DNA of 18,343 nt, from the NCBI GenBank assembly GCA_964510585.1, contig CAZECW010000105.1, forward strand, positions 1 through 18,343, written 5' to 3'. The notes under the pieces were generated by a model. It did no database searches. It was given only the letters and a program-made list of their open reading frames with translations, and was not told the DNA's origin. The position numbers and the translations under genes are program-made. Within the stretch, counting starts at the first letter, position 1. The number at the start of each line of letters is the position of its first letter. The stretch comes from an uncultured archaeon (GTDB lineage Archaea; Asgardarchaeota; Jordiarchaeia; Jordiarchaeales; Jordiarchaeaceae). Positions 15,989-18,343 of this stretch are shown in pieces.

Positions 15989-17158
15989 TTGGATGCACGT
16001 GAAAGGGTCTTACGCGCTTTGAATAGAGAGGAGCCGGACAGAGTTCCCACATTTGAGATTGGAATTACAAACGATGATATTGCAGAGAAGATAATGGGCA
16101 CTAGTTTAACTAAGGGAACCTTGAGGGCGGCTTGGGATATGAGGCACAAGCCCTTCTGGAGATACTTTAGAAAAAGACGCACCATGAAGTATTCACCGGA
16201 TCTCTATGCCAAGTCTGTTTTGGTCATGTCTAAAATCGGTTTCGATAGCTGTTCCTTGGGGGTTCTCCTCCAGTTCACCAAGTGCAAATACCCCACATGG
16301 GACACCTACATCGATGAGTATGGAAGAAAATTTCAGCTCAAGGAATACAGTGGAACCGAGATGGGTTCCTATGTGGGAGGAGGCTTCAAATCTCCCGAAG
16401 ACTATTATGCTTGGGGACCCATAGACCCCTATCACCCCATAAGGGAGAGAATCTACAAAAGAGCCCAAGAGGTGGTGGGCGACAAGATTTTCATAATGCC
16501 CGGCATAATGGGGTTTTTTGAGTCCACATGGGAAATATTCGGATTCGAAACCTTCTCCAAACTCTTCATCCAGAATCGAAAATTCATAGAGAGAGTTTTT
16601 GAAGACCACAAAAAATTAGCCATAGAAACAGCCAAATACATGATGGACCTAGGGGCTGAAGCACTAGTTCTATATGACGATTACGGCCATAAAAGCGGCC
16701 CTTTCATATCCCCCAAAGATTTCCGAAAATACATATATCCCTGCCTCAAAGAATTCACACAAACCTGTCACAAAAGGGGAGCCAAGGTTCTCCTACACAG
16801 CGATGGCAACCTAAACCAAATATTAGAAGACATTGTCAAAGCAGACATAGATGCGCTTCACCCTTGGGAGCCACAGGCAAACATGAACATAATAGAGGGA
16901 AAAAAGGAGTACGGCGGAGAAATCTGCGTGGTAGGCAACGTGGACCCTATGCACACCTTAAGCGAAGCTCCACCAGAAGCGGTGAGGGAAGAAGTACTCA
17001 AACTCCTAGAAAATGTGGCACCCGGAGGAGGATACATACTGAGTTCGGGACACAGCATACACCCAAAAGTAAAATACGAAAACCTCATGGAAATGATGAA
17101 AACGGTGCAAAGGTATGGAAAGTATCCCATCCTAATTCCAGAGAAACAACAAGTCTGA
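15989..17158 (+). CDS. Uroporphyrinogen decarboxylase / MtaA-CmuA superfamily TIM-barrel protein (not canonical HemE)
   Basis: RERVLRALNREEPDRVP, DEYGR, YDDYGHKSGPFISPKDFRKYIYP, LLHSDGNL, GNVDP and APGGGYILSSGHSI are typical of URO-D-like proteins of anaerobes. Confidence 0.9.
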   Translation: MDARERVLRALNREEPDRVPTFEIGITNDDIAEKIMGTSLTKGTLRAAWDMRHKPFWRYFRKRRTMKYSPDLYAKSVLVMSKIGFDSCSLGVLLQFTKCKYPTWDTYIDEYGRKFQLKEYSGTEMGSYVGGGFKSPEDYYAWGPIDPYHPIRERIYKRAQEVVGDKIFIMPGIMGFFESTWEIFGFETFSKLFIQNRKFIERVFEDHKKLAIETAKYMMDLGAEALVLYDDYGHKSGPFISPKDFRKYIYPCLKEFTQTCHKRGAKVLLHSDGNLNQILEDIVKADIDALHPWEPQANMNIIEGKKEYGGEICVVGNVDPMHTLSEAPPEAVREEVLKLLENVAPGGGYILSSGHSIHPKVKYENLMEMMKTVQRYGKYPILIPEKQQV

Positions 17159-17230
17159 AAACATTTATGGTTCAAATTCACTCACTGCACTAGAGAGCCT
17201 CCAAGTATTCGAAGTGAACCACATTAGAAC

Positions 17231-17671
17231 CTAGGCCATAAATCTGGGATCTATCGCTTTCTCCACAAAACTAAAAGATGAGAAGTGCTTAATATTTGTA
17301 GTATAAATATTTGAAACTGCATTCTCCTTCATTGTTGCCGCTATAACACAGTCAGAAAATTCAACATCTTTTTTCTCATTCTGTAGAATTAGAGCTTCTT
17401 CCAGAGTACTCCTATAAGTGGGAAAAATTACAACTCTCTTCTCAGATTTGAGGAACCCGTTCCACAAAATGTTTGCCGCTTCACCGGGATCGATCTTTGA
17501 CCTTTTAACAAGGCATATCATAGTTTCAACAAGTACGACAGTGTTTACTCCTGCTATGAATTCTGGCTTACGCCTAAAACACTTGCTCATCAGATTAAGG
17601 CAAGCCTCCCTTTCAGGGTGTTCCGGATCAAGAAGTCTCCATAGAACTCCAGAATCGATAAAGAAAATCAT
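17231..17671 (-). CDS. vapC: PIN-domain toxin, VapC family
   Basis: FFIDSGV, VLVET, FSDCVIAA and YTTN..HF. ATG 17671 overlaps the antitoxin stop codon (ATGA, 17671-17668); the ORF track starts at 17698. Confidence 0.88.
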   Translation of the reverse strand: MIFFIDSGVLWRLLDPEHPEREACLNLMSKCFRRKPEFIAGVNTVVLVETMICLVKRSKIDPGEAANILWNGFLKSEKRVVIFPTYRSTLEEALILQNEKKDVEFSDCVIAATMKENAVSNIYTTNIKHFSSFSFVEKAIDPRFMA

Positions 17672-17943
17672 GGCTCTTCCTCTTGCACACTTAACCACAA
17701 GTCAGATTTTGAGATAGGGGCATAATCCGCTTTTCCCATCCTCTTAATCTTTTTGGAACTCAGACTTGCCAGAAAATCCAAAATTTTTTCTTCCCCTCCT
17801 TCATTGGAGTCCACCATTAGTCCCACAATTTTGCTGCTAAGAAGAATCCAGCGGACAGAATCCCCCTCTTTAATGCCCAAGGCGTCTCTCACCTCATTAG
17901 GTATACGAACTCTCCTTTTAGAATCAACTTTAGAACTCACCAA
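17668..17943 (-). CDS. vapB: AbrB/MazE/SpoVT-family antitoxin (VapB-type)
   Basis: SKVDSKRRVRIPNEVRDALGIKEGDSVRW is an AbrB fold signature. It lies directly upstream of, and is translationally coupled to, the PIN gene. Confidence 0.88.
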   Translation of the reverse strand: MVSSKVDSKRRVRIPNEVRDALGIKEGDSVRWILLSSKIVGLMVDSNEGGEEKILDFLASLSSKKIKRMGKADYAPISKSDLWLSVQEEEP

Positions 17944-17968
17944 CTATTTCACCACACAAAAGATAAGA

Positions 17969-17993
17969 GTGGGAATTAATAAAATTTTCCCAC
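17969..17993 (-). promoter_or_regulatory. Candidate vapBC promoter/operator: 7-bp inverted repeat bracketing a TATA-like box
   Basis: The minus strand reads GTGGGAA-AATTTTATTAA-TTCCCAC, 25 bp upstream of the antitoxin start. An RBS-like GTGGTG sits just before the start codon. Confidence 0.55.
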
Positions 17994-18207
17994 AAATTCT
18001 GCTAAAAAGACAATGTAATACATTAAATCGATATAACAGCGGTGAAAAAGAAAAAAGAATAGGAATTTAACCTTCCTACAATTATATTAAATAGGTTTGA
18101 GGTAACAGTCCGCAGCCAAGTATCAGAATTTTCGCATGTTAACTCTTCGCATCGGATTATCCTAGTCCTGATTTTTTTCGCCTAAACGCGGTATATTTTC
18201 CCCTTAC

Positions 18208-18343
18208 AAAACCTTGGCGAGAAAGCCCCCGACTTTAGTCGTGGGGATGAATCGCCAGAAAGTTTATTTGAAAGTATGGTATATAAATAGTTGTTGGTAG
18301 CTGAAGGGTTTGGCTTGGGCTTAAGAGGCTAAACAAGACGCAG
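18208..18343 (+). mobile_element. Left end of an IS200/IS605-family element (truncated by the window edge)
   Basis: TTAC (18204-18207), then AAAG (18222-18225), then the subterminal hairpin CCCCCGAC-TTT-AGTCGTGGGG, enclosed by the outer inverted pair TGGCGA (18215-18220) / TCGCCA (18252-18257). This matches the IS608-type left-end layout. No transposase ORF is visible within the window. Confidence 0.75.

Noticed and set aside
15989-17158. Calling this gene hemE
   Set aside because: The HemE RQAGR motif is absent and there is no tetrapyrrole gene context.
14566-17193. Overlapping alternative ORFs in the 473-aa and URO-D-like genes (14566-14853, 14711-15001, 15031-15237, 15846-16052, 15895-16185, 16193-16609, 16206-16424, 16453-16641, 16858-17181, 16864-17193)
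   Set aside because: Shadow or out-of-frame ORFs without motifs.
17231-17671. VapC inactivation because the last acidic PIN position reads Asn (TTNIKHF)
   Set aside because: The Asn variant is common in archaeal PIN proteins and the other three acidic residues are present.
1-18343. CRISPR array, tRNA, rRNA or ORB-type replication origin
   Set aside because: No regularly spaced direct repeats, cloverleaf/T-loop signatures, rRNA-like sequence or ORB G-string motif were seen by eye. tRNAscan-SE and Infernal were not run.

Overview
Archaeal chromosomal window of about 18.3 kb. Archaeal origin is supported by GGAGGTG/GAGGTG-type RBSs, frequent TTG/GTG starts, KaiC/V4R and NfeD genes and an intein. 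The gene repertoire suggests an Asgard-like (Jordarchaeia/Freyarchaeota-type) or Bathyarchaeia-like lineage, which is inference only. Left to right: a candidate MITE (21-bp inverted repeats), sfsA, a Cys-rich V4R-like protein, two tandem PHP metallo-phosphoesterases, an unannotated decayed paralog of the V4R-like gene, a divergent LplA-family ligase, a frameshifted ~340-codon gene broken at a CUU-UGA site, a long-form NfeD with an apparent Lys-to-Arg catalytic change and no stomatin partner, a degenerate KaiC-like domain fused to two V4R-type domains, a secernin/C69 Ntn-hydrolase, an XPB/Rad25-like SF2 helicase with a 192-aa mini-intein in motif III, a 473-aa hypothetical protein with a GxSxG motif, a URO-D/MtaA-superfamily protein, a vapBC toxin-antitoxin pair with a candidate operator, and the left end of an IS200/IS605 element at the right edge. 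No rRNA, tRNA or CRISPR array was recognised. All family calls come from motif recognition by eye; no database searches were run.
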